From Ruditapes philippinarum (Eukaryota), in NCBI RefSeq assembly GCF_026571515.1, contig NW_026863603.1, forward strand, positions 62,001-126,000: a DNA stretch of 64,000 nt, given 5' to 3'. Positions 12,780 through 26,700 of the stretch are shown here, piece after piece. Within the stretch, counting starts at the first letter, position 1. Every line of letters starts with the position of its first letter. The position numbers and the translations under genes were made by a program. Under the pieces are notes generated by a model. The model ran no database searches. It had not been told where the DNA came from and saw only the letters and a list, made by a program, of their open reading frames with translations.

Positions 12780-15700
12780 TTTTGCCCGTGCCTTTCTCCT
12801 CGGGACGTATACCAGTTTCTTTCTTTGCGTTTGGTCTTATATCCTCTGTCTCTGGAATAAGAAGTTTTTGAAGTTTCAATAGGATAAAGTAAGCTTAAAG
12901 GTCTTTTAAGCACTTTTTTGGATGCAGTTTCAATATCTGCAGAACGAACACAACCATCGGAAACTAACATACAGATGAATGACTTTTCCTAGCCTCCAGC
13001 TACCTCTACTAGTATTATCTTTTGATAAGCACTACATCACCTACATTTGGATTAAATTGAACTTTATGTTTTCCTTGTTTCAGATTTGTTTGAGTTCTTT
13101 CCCTAAGACTACATAAATATTCGTCTTTCCATATTTTCCAGAAGGAATCTAAAAGCCGCTGTCCTTTTTTCCATATTGCCAACAATTTATCCTCTGAACT
13201 TTCTATCACCTTAAAATCTGGGTCATCTGAAGATATTTCAATTTCAGGAAACCCAACATTCGGGTTCAAACATATGAGTTGTGAAGGTGTCAGCGTGATA
13301 TTGGAGTTTATATCTTCTCCAACATAAACTTAATGGGCGACAGTTCACAATAGCTTCAACTTCCTTTATGATAGTTATAAGCTGGTCGCTGTCCAATAAC
13401 TTTCTTCCAATAGATTTACGTAAACTTCTTTTAGTTAAACCAACAAGTCTTTCATAGAAGCCGCCCATCCATCGGAGCGATTTCTACAATGAACCTCCAT
13501 TTAATACCCTCACAAGAACTGTAGGTTTGAACATCATCACTTTTCAAAATTAAACTCCATAGCAACTCAAATTGTACGTTTTGCCAGCTTAAAAATGTAA
13601 CGCATTGTCACTGATGACTCTTGTGGTTTTCCTCTGCATGCTATGAATCTCTGAAAACTGTTTAAAAATGCATTTGTTGTCATGTCTTTGACCATTTCTA
13701 GATGAACTGCACGTGTGACCATACATGTATATAGGCACACCCACACCTTTTTTATGGTTTTGATTGTCCCTTATGTATAATGGTCCCGAGATAATCCAAT
13801 CCAATATGACTGAAAGGTGTTGATTTTGTAACTCTTGAACGAGGCAACGGAGCCATAAGAGGCATTTTATACGCTCCGCTTTCAACTCGACGACACACTA
13901 AACACTTATGAAAACTTTTCGTACCGTAGCTCTTCCGCTCGGTATCCAGTAACGATATCTAAGTTGACTTAGTGTTTGAGACACACCTGAGTGAAGCAAA
14001 CGCTTATGTTCCCTTTCGACAATTGACATTGTTAAAGGATCATCGCGAGGTAGCAATAACGGATGTCTAGCAAACTCCGTTTAAAACAAGCATTTTCTAA
14101 ACGACCCTTGCACCTCAAAAGGCCGTTTATATCAATGAACACACCCAGTTGCTGCTGTAAATTGCATTTTTTCTTTCCTCTGATAGACTCATAAACGTCC
14201 AAAAGATGTTTGTATTGCGCATGTTTTATCCACATATTTTCAGCTTCTTGAATTTCCTTCGATGTTGGAATATGTGAATCATAGTTTTCCTTTTTCATTT
14301 TACCGATTGCTCTTTTAACATATGCTGTGACACGTAATAGCTTCGTCATCGAAGAATATTTTGTTTGATCAATTTCAAATGGAGCACACGAAGGAAAACA
14401 TTCGTTCTTTGCTCCATATGCAGAAAACACACACACTTTCACTTTTCTTCTTTTCTTTTACATTACATTTTGTTGCCATTGCTTTGTCCATTCTATCATC
14501 TTCTTTAAACGTTAACTCATCTAATGTCCTTTCGGAAATGTCTTGCAATAGCCACTCAGGACCATGCCACCATGACGAATTTTTCACAAGATCTTTTGTA
14601 GAGCAACCCCGACTGGCTATATCAGCAGGATTGTCTCTAGACGTAACATAATGGAAGGACACATGTTTGTGGTCCTTTATTTCAGTAACTCGATTTCTAA
14701 CAAACAACGGAAGCTGTTTTCCGACATAATCCATTTTAATGCACACTGAGAATCTGAGAACAAAATGAACTTCGTCAATTTGCATCTTTATTTGCTCTTG
14801 TATAAAGGCTAAACATCGTACCCCTATAAGTACAGCAAGGAGTTCAAGTCGTGGAATACTGATGTTTGAAGTTGGAGCAAGTCGAGTCTTTGAAAATACT
14901 ATTTCGATGTGCTGTTGTGAATTCCTTTTCTGCATCAAATATATAACGGTAGCGTATGCTTTGGTAGAGGCATCACAGAAACACACAAGAATATTTTTGT
15001 TATCACCTTCACTTACAATGCATCGTGGGTTGGCATGTTCACTTATTTCACTGAGATCTCGTTGGATTTCATGCCATACAACAATGTCTTCTTCGTCAAT
15101 TGGCTGGTCCCAATCGACTTTTTTCTTCCACAGTGTTTGAATGAGTACTTTTCCTCTAAGCGTAACTGGTGCAAATATACCTAGAGGGTCAAATACAGAG
15201 GCAATTTTGCTCAAAAATGACACGTTTAGTTACACACTGAGTTGTCGATTTATTCACTTTCTGTATCGCCAATGTATCCTTATGTCTGTTCCATTCAAGA
15301 CCTAACACTTTAATCACAGTTTCATTTGCTCTGTTTTCAGGTGGAATACTTTCTGTCATGTCTCTGTTGTTAGACGCCCACTCGCGAAGATTCATGCTGG
15401 CATCGTCGAAAATTCTTTTGGACCTAATATACAAGTCTTTCGCAGCTTCAACGTTTTCTGTTCCCGTTACAACATTGTCCATATAAATATCTAGTCTCAG
15501 TTTCTTGGCGATTTCATTGTTATAGCACTCCAAGTGATAATCAATTGTTGCTCCCAATAAGAAAGGGCTTGACACAATTCCAAAGGGGATCCTACAGAAC
15601 CGGTATTCTTGTACCTGATTTTGCGATATGTCTGGGTGTTCAATATCTTTTAACCATATGAAACGAGTGACATCTCTTTGATCTTTCTGCAACCCAACTT

Positions 15701-18455
15701 GGAGGAAAGCCTTCTCTATATCTAAAACAATCTTATGTAGTCGAAATCTTAGCAGAATTCCACACAAGTCATTCAAAAGCACGGGTCCTCTGTAAAGGCA
15801 GTCGTTTAGACTATTATTTTCAACCTTTGATTTAGCTGACGCGTCATACACAATTCTCAGCTTTGTTGTTGATTTGTCAGGCTTTATTCACTGCGTGATG
15901 AGGTAAGTAATGGATATGTCTATTCTTTTCAGAGGTCTCAACTTTTTCTATAATTCCCTTTTCAAGCTGATCTTGAATAACAGAATCATATTTCTGTAAT
16001 ACATCTGGGTTATCTTTGAACCTTTTCACTAATGACTTAAGTCGTCCAAAAGCTAGAGGACGATTTTCTGGAATTTCATAATTGTCGCCTCTCCACGGCC
16101 ACTTGACATAATATCTGTTATCTTTGAACACAAAACTTTCTTTGAACTTATCTATCGCTTGATCATCCTCAGTTCTTTCATTTGTGCTATCTTTCAATCC
16201 TATTGTTTCTATATTCCAAAAGTCTTCTATGTCAGGTAATTTTGGAACACATGTGTCAACTGTTGTAAACACTTGTGTCTTAGTTATGTTGTTGCCATAT
16301 GATAATATGAGCATATTGGCATCAGTAACGCTGTCATCGATTTCACTTGTTCTTCCTGAAAGAATCCAACCAAGTTTTGATGACAAGAGGTATAAGCCTG
16401 GCTGAATTTCTATTTTATGTCCTAACACTATATCTAAGTAATAATCATTTCCCAACAGCAAATCAATAGAATCTGTGTATTCTTTCAGTCGGTATATCAT
16501 CCGCTAGAGTAAGATTCTTGATTAACGATTTGAACTCTCCGTTATTAGATATAGACACTGGTTTTCTTTGAATGCTTCCTGTAATTGTTGGAACAATATT
16601 TGCTGTTATAGCGAAATTCTGTCCATCCTTTAATTGAATATTCAATTGCGTAGACATGGTTCTAATCACTTTAGGTTTGTCACTCCCAAATGTAACTAGA
16701 CGAATCTCTTGCCTACTTTTCTTCTTGAGGTTCAAAGATTTAGCCAGTCTCTCAGTTATGTATGTTCTTTGCGACCCTGAATCTAATAAGATTCTTACTT
16801 TCTTTTTATTTTGACCGTCTGGATCACTAATCTCAGTGCGCGATGTTTGCATCATCACTATTTCATTAGAAGATAACAAAGCACTTTCAATACAAGCTTT
16901 ATCATCCGTAGAATTTCTAAGAATTTCCTTTGGTTTTGCTCTATCTTCAGACACACATGCTACTTCTTCTAACAAATTTACACTTTCTTGCAGAGATGCC
17001 TTTCTAAATTTTTCAGGGCATAAGCTTCTGTGGTGTACATTTGATTTATTGCAATACACACAAAACACGTATACTTTTACAGTCAGGAGACATGTGTCCT
17101 TCTCTTAAGCATTTGTAACAGCATCCTTTATTTGAGCTTTTCTTTTCGTCGATTGTTTTAAACTTCGGACATTCGTCACTCCAATGATTTTTACTACAGA
17201 ATCTACATATTCTCTTATGTTGTTGTTGTTTTTGATGATGTGTTAGAGGCGTATGTCCTTTCTTGTCATATGCAGTCAGAGCTCCGGTAGTGTTACTTGT
17301 TGTTGGATTACCCCTGTAGCTCTTAAAAGTATTTGTTGATCTTTGAAACTGTGGGTTAACTCTTCTATCAGATACAAAATTAGCACTGACTGGTTTCGGT
17401 CTGTCTGACTTTTCTCTGGATACAATATACTGTCTGAGAAACTCACGAAGCTTGGTTAACGTCCACTTATTGTCTGCACCCTTTTGTACTTCAAGATGCA
17501 TAAGAACTTCACTTGGTAGTTTGCTCCGAATAATTGATACGAACACTTGTTGCTCCAAACTCTCTTGCATAACCTCCAAACTTCTCAAGTGCTTTTGTAT
17601 TTTGTCATAAAAGAATCGCAAACTTTCAGTTGTATCTTTAGCGGATGCAACGTTCACCAGCCCCTTATAATGCAAATCTATAATGTCTTGTTTATCTCCA
17701 AATCTTTCCTTTAGAATTGTTATGGCAATACCGTAGTTTTCATTAGATAATGTCAGTCCAGCGATAGCACCTCTAGCTTCTCCAACCAACTTTCCCTTTA
17801 AATAGTTGAACTTGTCAACTGGCGACAGATTGTCATTTTCATGTACAGCACTAGAGAAAGAGTCCCAAAATTCCATCCATTGCAGTTTATTTCCATTGAA
17901 GGAAACTATGTCTAACTTTGGCAATTTGACAGTATTCTCACTCTTAATTTTGAGACTGTGTTGCTTGTCAAAGAATTTCTGTTGCATTTTCATTTGCTCT
18001 TCTGCCCGTTCTTGCTGATGTTCAAAGAAGGCTTGTTGAAGTTTCATCTGAACTTCACACATTTTTTGTAAAGCTGATCCTTCTTCGTCCGACTCCTCTT
18101 TCATAATATTCTCTGCTATTTTGCTTTTCAGGTCGGTCTGTACATTTTTCAGTTTAAAGGCTATCGACAAAGCCCTATCAATCAAGACCGAATCAATTTC
18201 AATCATCTCCTGAATAAATTCACTATCTGAATCACCAATTGCACGCGCTACCTTTTCTGACTGAACAGTAAGCTTATCTATATAAATATCAATCTTAAGT
18301 TTACTTTCATTGACAGAATGCTCCAGCTGCTTGTATTCTTCTGGGCTTTTGCTCTCAATACTTGTTTCTAATAAATTATCTCCAGTCCGTAATTCCTTCT
18401 CAAGGAAATTAAAGTAGCGTGTGCGCACGCCTTTTAGATATGGTAAGTCACTCAT
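12780..18455 (-). pseudogene. Bel/Pao gag-pol polyprotein (frameshifted as assembled)
   Basis: Gag with DUF1759-type VKLPKLDIVSFNGNKLQWMEFWDSF and Cys/His knuckles; protease LLDSGSQRTYI; RT DIEKAFLQ...PFG...YMDN; Pao-type RNase H FCDASTKAYA...IPRLELLA; integrase Zn-binding region and core GGFYERLVG; DUF5641-type FWKIWKDEYL. Split over successive ORF fragments; the 3' end is approximate. Confidence 0.93.
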
Positions 18456-18785
18456 GATTATTATATAAATATTATAAACACACAAAAAAATCACAGTAAA
18501 ATTATTCAAAATTTACCTCAGTGATTCTTGAATTTATTCAACACTTTTTTTAGTTCACTTTTTATATTCCTTTGAGAAACACTTTATTGATTCTGGTTGC
18601 CACTTCGCCTTCAATTTGTTTTCACGCACTAACACATTTCAGGATACCATACATCACTATTTTCTTTGACCGAATCGAGAATCCTTTCATTCCAACTGTA
18701 AGATATTTGTTTTCGCATCTCACAGAGACATCATATATACGTTGTGAAGAAATTCTTTTTTGTGGAAAGTCTTCAAATTCTATTC

Positions 18786-18808
18786 TCGATTCCCGGGTTC
18801 CGGCGCCA
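18786..18808 (-). promoter_or_regulatory. Primer-binding site, tRNA-Phe-like
   Basis: Minus strand TGGCGCCGGAACCCGGGAATCGA lies 7 nt inside the 5' LTR boundary. It closely matches the complement of the metazoan tRNA-Phe 3' end (TGGTGCCGAAACCCGGGATCGA). Confidence 0.75.
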
Positions 18809-18815
18809 AATTCAA

Positions 18816-19315
18816 TGTAGCAGATTTTCTAAACTTTTTCCTTTTAATTTCCCTTTAACTTTTACTACATTGAAGACAACAAAATTCACTTTTATATTCA
18901 GATTTTATTTTCACTTTTACATCCAACTATACTTTTTAATCACCTTTTAACAACCTTTTTTAACACTTCTACACTTCACTTCTTTTACACTTTTTACACT
19001 TCTACGCTTCTACACTTATACGCTTCTACCAAAATAAAGATTGTAATTCACTTATATAGTGTTTTCTTCCCGCCAATTTAAAAAGTCATGAATATCATGA
19101 TATGGGGTAATTCATAAGTGAAATAAATTCCCGCCAATACCAAAATACACAATTCATAAGTTTTGGAGTAAAAGAAATATAATATTTTCCCGCCAAATAC
19201 AAACATACACAATTCATAACTTTTGGAGTAAAATAAATATAATATTTTCCCGCCAAATACAAACAGACATAATTCTCATGATTAGGAGTAAAACAAAATC
19301 GTGTAATTCACGACA
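18816..19315 (-). repeat. 5' LTR (500 bp)
   Basis: TG...CA termini, TATATAA on the minus strand near 19052-19058, and a U3 built from ~60-bp tandem units. Confidence 0.95.
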
Positions 19316-19707
19316 ATTTCAAGTCTAGAGTAGATCTATACCATTTATAATAACAAAGATAATACTAGAAAAAAATCAATTTACAAATGAATTCTAAGGT
19401 CAAAAATTAAATGGATATAATTCTGGGAAAACAGGAGCTTGCGTTTTATAATGCTTATCCATATGACAAGAAGTTATAGTAAAAAATAACATTGGTTAAC
19501 ATAAATTCCAAGTTAAAGGGGGGGGGAATTCTGGAAATAATCAAGCTTGAGTTATGTAACAGTAAAAAAATAATATTCATTAAGGAAAATTCTAAGTTTA
19601 AGGGCAGATAAATTTGAATATATTGGTGCTAGAGTTATGAACCTTGTCACATAAATTATGGTTGATGACAAGGAACATTTACTTGAAATTTGAAGTTAAT
19701 AACTTAA

Positions 19708-20029
19708 AGCTGCATGTCTCTAAATAAATCAAAATATTTCAATGAAATCAAACTTGGGAAATATGTACTACGATTTTAGGAATATGTTACATGTTATGTG
19801 CGGTTAATGACTGATTTTTTAGTATTTACAACTATATGTCTACTGTGTTACTAAGCACAGTAAGGGCTAATTATGCATATTTTGACCACTTTTTTGGTAA
19901 TTTACATGGCTTGTAAGTGCCATTGATAATGTGTCAATGGCTTCCATTTAGTTATTTCACATAATTATACATTCAGATACATTTTTAAAATTTTCATGAA
20001 AATTATAATGAATCTGGAGGCTTGCTGCT
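19708..20029. mobile_element. Kolobok-like MITE
   Basis: TTAA|AGCTGCATG ... GCTTGCTGCT|TTAA with imperfect TIRs. Confidence 0.5.
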
Positions 20030-20755
20030 TTAAGAATTGAAAAAGTTATACTGAAAAATATTTCACTGCACCAAAACTTTAATCCTAAATCTTGACGCCG
20101 ACGCCGGGGCAGTAGGACAGCTCTCCATATACTTTGTTTAGTCAAGCTAAAAATGTTAACTTATGTTGATGCCACCACTGCCATCATTGTAAAATGTGTC
20201 ATGAAAGTTTTTCTTTAAAAAGTGGAGTTAAAAATGAATTCTAGGGTGATCGGCCTATTTGACATGAACTCATAAAAAAGATTTAGAAAAATATATGTGA
20301 AATAAAGCAAAAAAATTAAGAAGTCCTAACACTGCTTGTATACTTCCAATCTGATTTATTTCTAAATAAATTCATACATAGTCATCCTACCAGTACAAGG
20401 ATTATTAGATTTATCTATCTATGTCCCTCAGGTCCTTCAAAGGAATAACTAGATAATGGAAAGTCCTAGATTTGTTCACTAAGGCTATTCCAATAAAATG
20501 CTTAATTGTTGTATGGCATTTACTTAGTGAAATTAACAGGAACGTAAGTCAGTCACATTATAAACACTGAGTCTCCCTTATCTGTATTCAAAGCAGATTC
20601 ACACACTAAATTACTTTGATCCTTTGTTCAACCATGTGTTAAAAGCTTAGTGTTGCCCGTTTTAAATATTGCACTTTTGTAGCTTAATGGGAGGTAACTA
20701 CATGTAGTATAAATGGTTATTTATCAGCAGTAGTCTCCCTTTAACAGTATGAATT

Positions 20756-23700
20756 TCACCGCCTTGTCAATTTCATGATCTCTCTTGGAACACCTGAAAA
20801 CAAATAATGTATAAACATGTACATGTATATAACTAATTATTTATATTGTATCCATAACAAATCACATAAAGACATTCGCTACAGTTTTGATATAAGACAT
20901 ACAGGCAAACTCTTTCATAGAATTTATTTCAAAACAGAAACAGTTTAAGCTAAAAAAGCAGGAGGCTGGGTTTTCAGGTATTTCCCACATAGTGATGATA
21001 AGTGCCAATCTTTAGCCCCTTTGTCACACAAATACTTATACGTATTCATAAGGTACATTGAAAAATTACCATATAAATATTATTTGAATATCAAAACTTC
21101 AGTAAAACTTACAACAGTGAAACTTATAACAAGTAGAAAAAATACAACTTTTAACAAAAAATTCAAGTTGAAATTTACAAATAACAAGCAATTTTAAAAA
21201 AAAGTTTCCCTTACTTTTTCCTTATGCATGCAAGTGATTTCTGAGGCAGGCCCTGCCAAAATTTTGGACAAAAATGCCATTTCTGACTTTAACAATAAAT
21301 CTACAAAATAAAAAAGTATTGTTCTGCTACATTTTTCACTGTTATAATTTTAACAAATTTTGCAGGAAAGTTAAAAATGACACACCTGTTTCAACTGTAT
21401 GACATGTTTCCACGTTAAATTTTCCAGCTTTCAGGACAAAACTTTCAAAATCCCTCGTTCCTCCTCCTACACCAAAATAATTGGACTTGGCAGCTACATA
21501 TCTGACAAATGTTAAGAATATCAAATACAAACTCAGACCCATCTATTTTTAGTTTGAGGGCTATCAAGATCATAAAACTAAACCTTGGCAGCAAATATTG
21601 GTCGTGTCATGACCTAGTAGTTAGCACACTAGTTGTCTCGGGAATGCCAGCCATGTAGGTCTCAGTCAAGGGCAAGTTGTTGTTTCCTAGAGCAAGTAAT
21701 TTTACACTCATTGCTAAGTACTGGTTGGTACAATGAACAGATTCAAAGGAGTGTCTATCACACAATGGAACTAAAATTCTATATAAACTACACATTAATG
21801 GTATAAATGTAGTTCTATAACAGCTACAGCACAATAGAGTTTGATTTGGCATGAGTTGAAGACTAGAAATTTAATTTTGATTATAAAAGGATACATTTCA
21901 CCATCTTGAGACAGGAAGTGTTCAAATATGGCTGTAAGTTTCTTGTAGTTTTCAGGTTTATAAATTGTTTCAGCCGATAAGATGACATCATACCTGTAAA
22001 ATAATGTACATTTACATGTATTTGTTGTGTCCTAGTTAATTAAAGGCCAAACCATGCTTAATATATTAAATAGACTTGTCCATATTTACTAAATATATCA
22101 TACTTGTTAATTCTGGAAAATGGACTCATGAGATTCAAACCCACTCAAAGCTTTCAATACCTAACTACATGTAACTAATTTATAAAGCATTTACTCTCAA
22201 CCTGCGGAGCCCACCTGCTTAGAGCAAAAGGGAAAACATCAGAGTTGTAACCTAGGAACCGCTGGTTCGATCCACGGGCAAGAATCAGAATTGTAACCTA
22301 GGGACCACATGCTTGGATCCACAGGCAAGGCGCAATTTCTCAGCTATAATTGATCAGAGACATTGTGTCTAATGGTCATATTTTCTCATTGCTGTTTCAG
22401 AATTTATGTATTTACCAAGATAAATGTGTTAAAATCTTCATGAAAAACAAATTTGTAAAACAAAGTAAATTTGTCCACCTGCCAATTTTCAAAATGTCCA
22501 ATTTTCAATTTTGGAAATATATGCCAACAGTATAGAACCTAGTGGTAAAAATAATGGCTAATCTCTGGTTCCAGCAGGCTACAGCTTAAACACATTACTC
22601 TTGCGCATATTCTTATCTTATGAATAAATTATCCAATGATTACTGTATATTTTGGTTGGACATATGATTCCTAAAGCTATCCCAGTCTCCTGAGAAATAT
22701 CTACAGGTACATGTATTCTTCTCTGGCACATTTAACATCACATTTGGTATGGTATAGCTTTCAATAACTTCATAATTCTGAAATACACCAAATACATGTT
22801 TGACTGTATAAATTATTTCATCTTTGTTTAAGTATGTTGTTTTTGTTTTGCTATCATTTCTAGAATATAAGCAAATTGAATCAATATCAGGATAAGTGGT
22901 TCTGCATATACTTATTACATTAAAACATATTTTAGACATATCACCTTCAACAAAATTGAAAAACAAGAGGGCCATGATGGCCCTAAGGTCGCTGACACCT
23001 GTATATAGGCCCCTCCCCCGCAGGGCCAATTTTAACCCAAGGGCTTTTATTTGAACAAACTTGGTAGACACCCATAAGAAGATGTTTCATGCTAAACATC
23101 TAAGCTCTAGCTCATTGGGCTTTTTAAAAGAAGATTTTTTAAGTTTTTACTGTACACATATAGTTATAAACCGTTATGGGGTCACATATATATGCATATA
23201 GGAAAAATCAATGACCCCCTGGGGCGCGGCCAATTTTGATCCCCAGGGCTTTTATTTGAACAAACTTGGTAGACACCTACTAGAAGATGTTTCATGCCAA
23301 ATATCTAAGCTCTAGCTCTTAGGGTTTTTTAAAAGAAGATATTTAAAGTTTTTTCTTTTCGGTTGCCATGGCAACCAGAGTTCTGCATGGAATTAAATTC
23401 TTTGAACAATTTATAAAGGTGACCACCAAAGGAACATTCCTGTGAAGTTTGGATGAAATTGGCTTAGTGGTTTATGAGGAGATGTCATTTAAAGTAAAAG
23501 TTTACGGACGGACGACGGATGGATGATGGACGCCGGACGAAAAGTGATCACAAAAGCTCACCCTGTCACTTTGTGACAAGTGAGCTAAAAATCTTCCCAA
23601 GTGACTTTAAACCAGAGACTTTATTACAGATTTTAGATATAGGTCTATGCATAATACCCAACAATTCTAACAGAAAAGAATGCTTCTTAAAGAATTTCCT

Positions 23701-26700
23701 ACCATAATTATTCCTGATATTACTAACTGGCCTGCTGGTCATAAATGTCTCTTATTCTGTTGAAAATTATTGTGTTAGATCATATTACAAATTTAAACCC
23801 TTAACTGGTAGAGGAAGACACCAGATGTCTCTTTATGCATTGAATGTTTCTGTCAAAAGTTGGTACCTGCATAGATTTACATGTACAGGACCTTTTGTAG
23901 CTATTTTGGGAAAAGGTCCCAGGCATAAATTGGGGAAATATTTGTTAACTAAGAAATAAAATACTATTAATATGTATACAAAAATCTATTAAATTTATCA
24001 TAGGTAAATATGTAGGAAAATGAAAGAAATGACATACATGTAATAATGCTACAAAAACTTACGTAATCTTGAAAATGAACACTTGAGGCACCATTTAACA
24101 GCGCTAAAATAGCAGGAATTCCTGCACCGCAACCAAGCTGAAACAAAAAATTGTAAAAAATAACCATTCTTAATTTTCTCTACCATATAAACATAAATCG
24201 GTTTCATAGTATATACAAACATAAAACATATTTGTATCAGCCTTATGCTCTTACAGTGAGTCTGTCATATTTGTGTTGTAGAAAACACAACAGTTATTTT
24301 AAAGCAGCAAGAAGAAAAATTTTGAAAATCTATTCAACAGTAAAATATTGTGAAGGAAATAAAGAAAGTAATTTACACATCACAAATAGTATGTTCAATC
24401 TACATGAATCACCAAAAACAGGTCAAAAATAGCCCTTACTGTGTTAGTAACGCAATAGAAATATGGTGAAAGCAGTCATTAATTGAACAAAACATTATCA
24501 CTTGAATTTCTTAATTTTTCACTTTTCTTCAAAACTTAGTACATATTTCATAAGTTTGATATCTTGATATATTTTGGCTCATCTGGAAGCATGTAGCTTT
24601 ATAGAGCTGTTCACATAATGGGGAGAAAATACATGTTTGTATGTAGTTGGGTATAGTTCAGTCACTCAGTACAACTATATAATACTATTCTGATGGTCTT
24701 GGGTTTGAGTCACAATCAGGTGCACATTTTTCTCACTTTGTGATTTTTGGCACCATGAGTGGGATCATTAATGGTTTATAAATGAAGCTATGAGTCAATT
24801 CGATTTTTTCATACCCATTTGTAATTCAAGGGTAAACTAGGAATTCTTACCTCCAAAACATTTTTGTTCTTAAAATGAACAGTACTTTTGCATAAATATT
24901 CTGCCAGGTCTAAAGCACATTCCCAAACCTTCAAACCACCTAGAAAAGTTAATTATATGATTATATTTACAAGCTCTTACATGAGTTGAAAGAATTTTTT
25001 ATAAAAGCTTAAGGTGTAAAGCAAAACCTAGTGGAAGGAAACCAATTAAAAGTTGAAAAATTATCAATCTGACTTCTTATGTTTACATGTAGAAGAGGAT
25101 TTGCATTTTAGTCAGATTGAACAAATATAGTTTCTTGTTCTTACAGGCATGTCAAGAGGAAGTTTATTTTAGCTAAAATAGTGTCTTTAACTAAGGCACA
25201 TTCTTTATTTAATATAATAATTAATTAGACATTAATAATGATTTGTTCTGTCAAAATGTTACAAACTGGTGGTGTGAAATTAAAAGGTTTTGCAAGAATT
25301 TGAAAGAAGGACAAGTCCATTTAAGATATCTAAGATCGTAGGTGTAGCAAACCAACATACCTTCATAAACATTAGGTATAAGATCTGAATGTTGATTGGC
25401 TGCTGCTGTGACACCACATGTAAATCTTTGTTCATCACATAGCCTAGTTTCTACAGCCTGACTGTCTACACACTTTATACAAACACAATCTGACATTTCA
25501 TACGAAAATGTGGGTAGGTCTGTTGCCTGAAACAATAAATTATTACCTCAATTAAACACTCAAAGGAATTAGCATTGAAATCAACTTTACAAGCTTTTGG
25601 TTTCAGTAACTAGCAATTTTCCAGTGACTTAAACTAAAATGTTTTATGTAATTAAGAATAAATTTGAAAGTATCATATACATGTAAATAATACTGTACCT
25701 TAATATCTCAATTTACAAATAAAATTAGTCCAACAATGTTGATCATTTTTGGGGTCATAAACATCATGGCTTCAATTAAAGCCATTTTTACATCTTCAAA
25801 TAAATACATGTATTACTTAATATATGACTTACCGTAAAATTCCTAATAAACGCCCCCGGGGGCTAAACATTTTCCAAAAGGGGGGCTTTTATTACCACAC
25901 AGTTTTTCCTAAATAAAAAAATCACTGTAAATACATTTAGTGTTAGCAAGTGTTGGTAATGAAATTAAAAAATGTTAAGGTTTTAAAGTTCATATTATAC
26001 ATATTTGTGTTTACTATAAAATACTATGGATTCTGAATGATTTCATGAATAAAATTATGGCTTTAATTATGAGTTCAGCACTGCAGAGTAGATTGTTTTC
26101 CCTATCAAAAGGCCTGGGGGGCCTTTATTAGGGGAGGGGCGTTTATATGGAATTTTACGGTAATTATAAAGATGATTAGAATTGATAACTAAAAAGAAGT
26201 TGATTGAATTGTACATGTATGCAGCATTACCTGAACTGCTTCTGAAGTAAATATTTCTCTAAATTGTTCAACATGATCGATTTCATCACCTTCATCTTCC
26301 TTTTCCTGTTTTTCTTCTTGAACTGCATTCTCTAAAATCATCATCAAATTTGTATAAACTAACATCACATATAATGTATGGAAAAATGAATTCATATATT
26401 GCAACCCAGCAAACACATGACGTTAAAACAACGTCGGATTAACGTTAGATTTTGGTCACGACGTCGGCGACCAAAATACGACGTAAATCTGACGTTAAAA
26501 AACCGATGTCTATTAGACGTTTCTTTTTGGCGTCGTACTAACGTCAGGTTCTGGTCGGCGTCCTGACGGTAGGTAAAAATTTAACAAACAAAAAATCGTT
26601 ATTCACTGTTGTAATCATTTAAACATTTTTCAAATGTTATTTGGCTTACAAATGAAGTGAGTATATATCTATACAGACCAAGATCGCGGCGCTGCATCCT

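Larger units (their letters stand above)
10269..19315 (-). mobile_element. Full-length Bel/Pao LTR retrotransposon
   Basis: Paired TG...CA LTRs (10269-10774, 18816-19315); 5-bp TSD ATTTC (10264-10268, 19316-19320); PBS and PPT in place; Gag-PR-RT-RH-IN order typical of Bel/Pao. Confidence 0.96.
10007..20153 (-). mobile_element. Degenerate Helentron/HINE-like element, split by the Bel/Pao insertion and a Kolobok-like MITE
   Basis: The left end AACAAGAGCTGTC...GACAGC..GCTCGACTA and the right end GACGCCGACGCC...TAGTCAAGCTAAAAA are reverse complements of the termini of the intact family members at 33928-35010 and 47523-48793. Confidence 0.7.

Noticed and set aside
14361-18950. Plus-strand ORFs overlapping gag-pol
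   Set aside because: Antisense shadows of the coding strand with no recognisable motifs.
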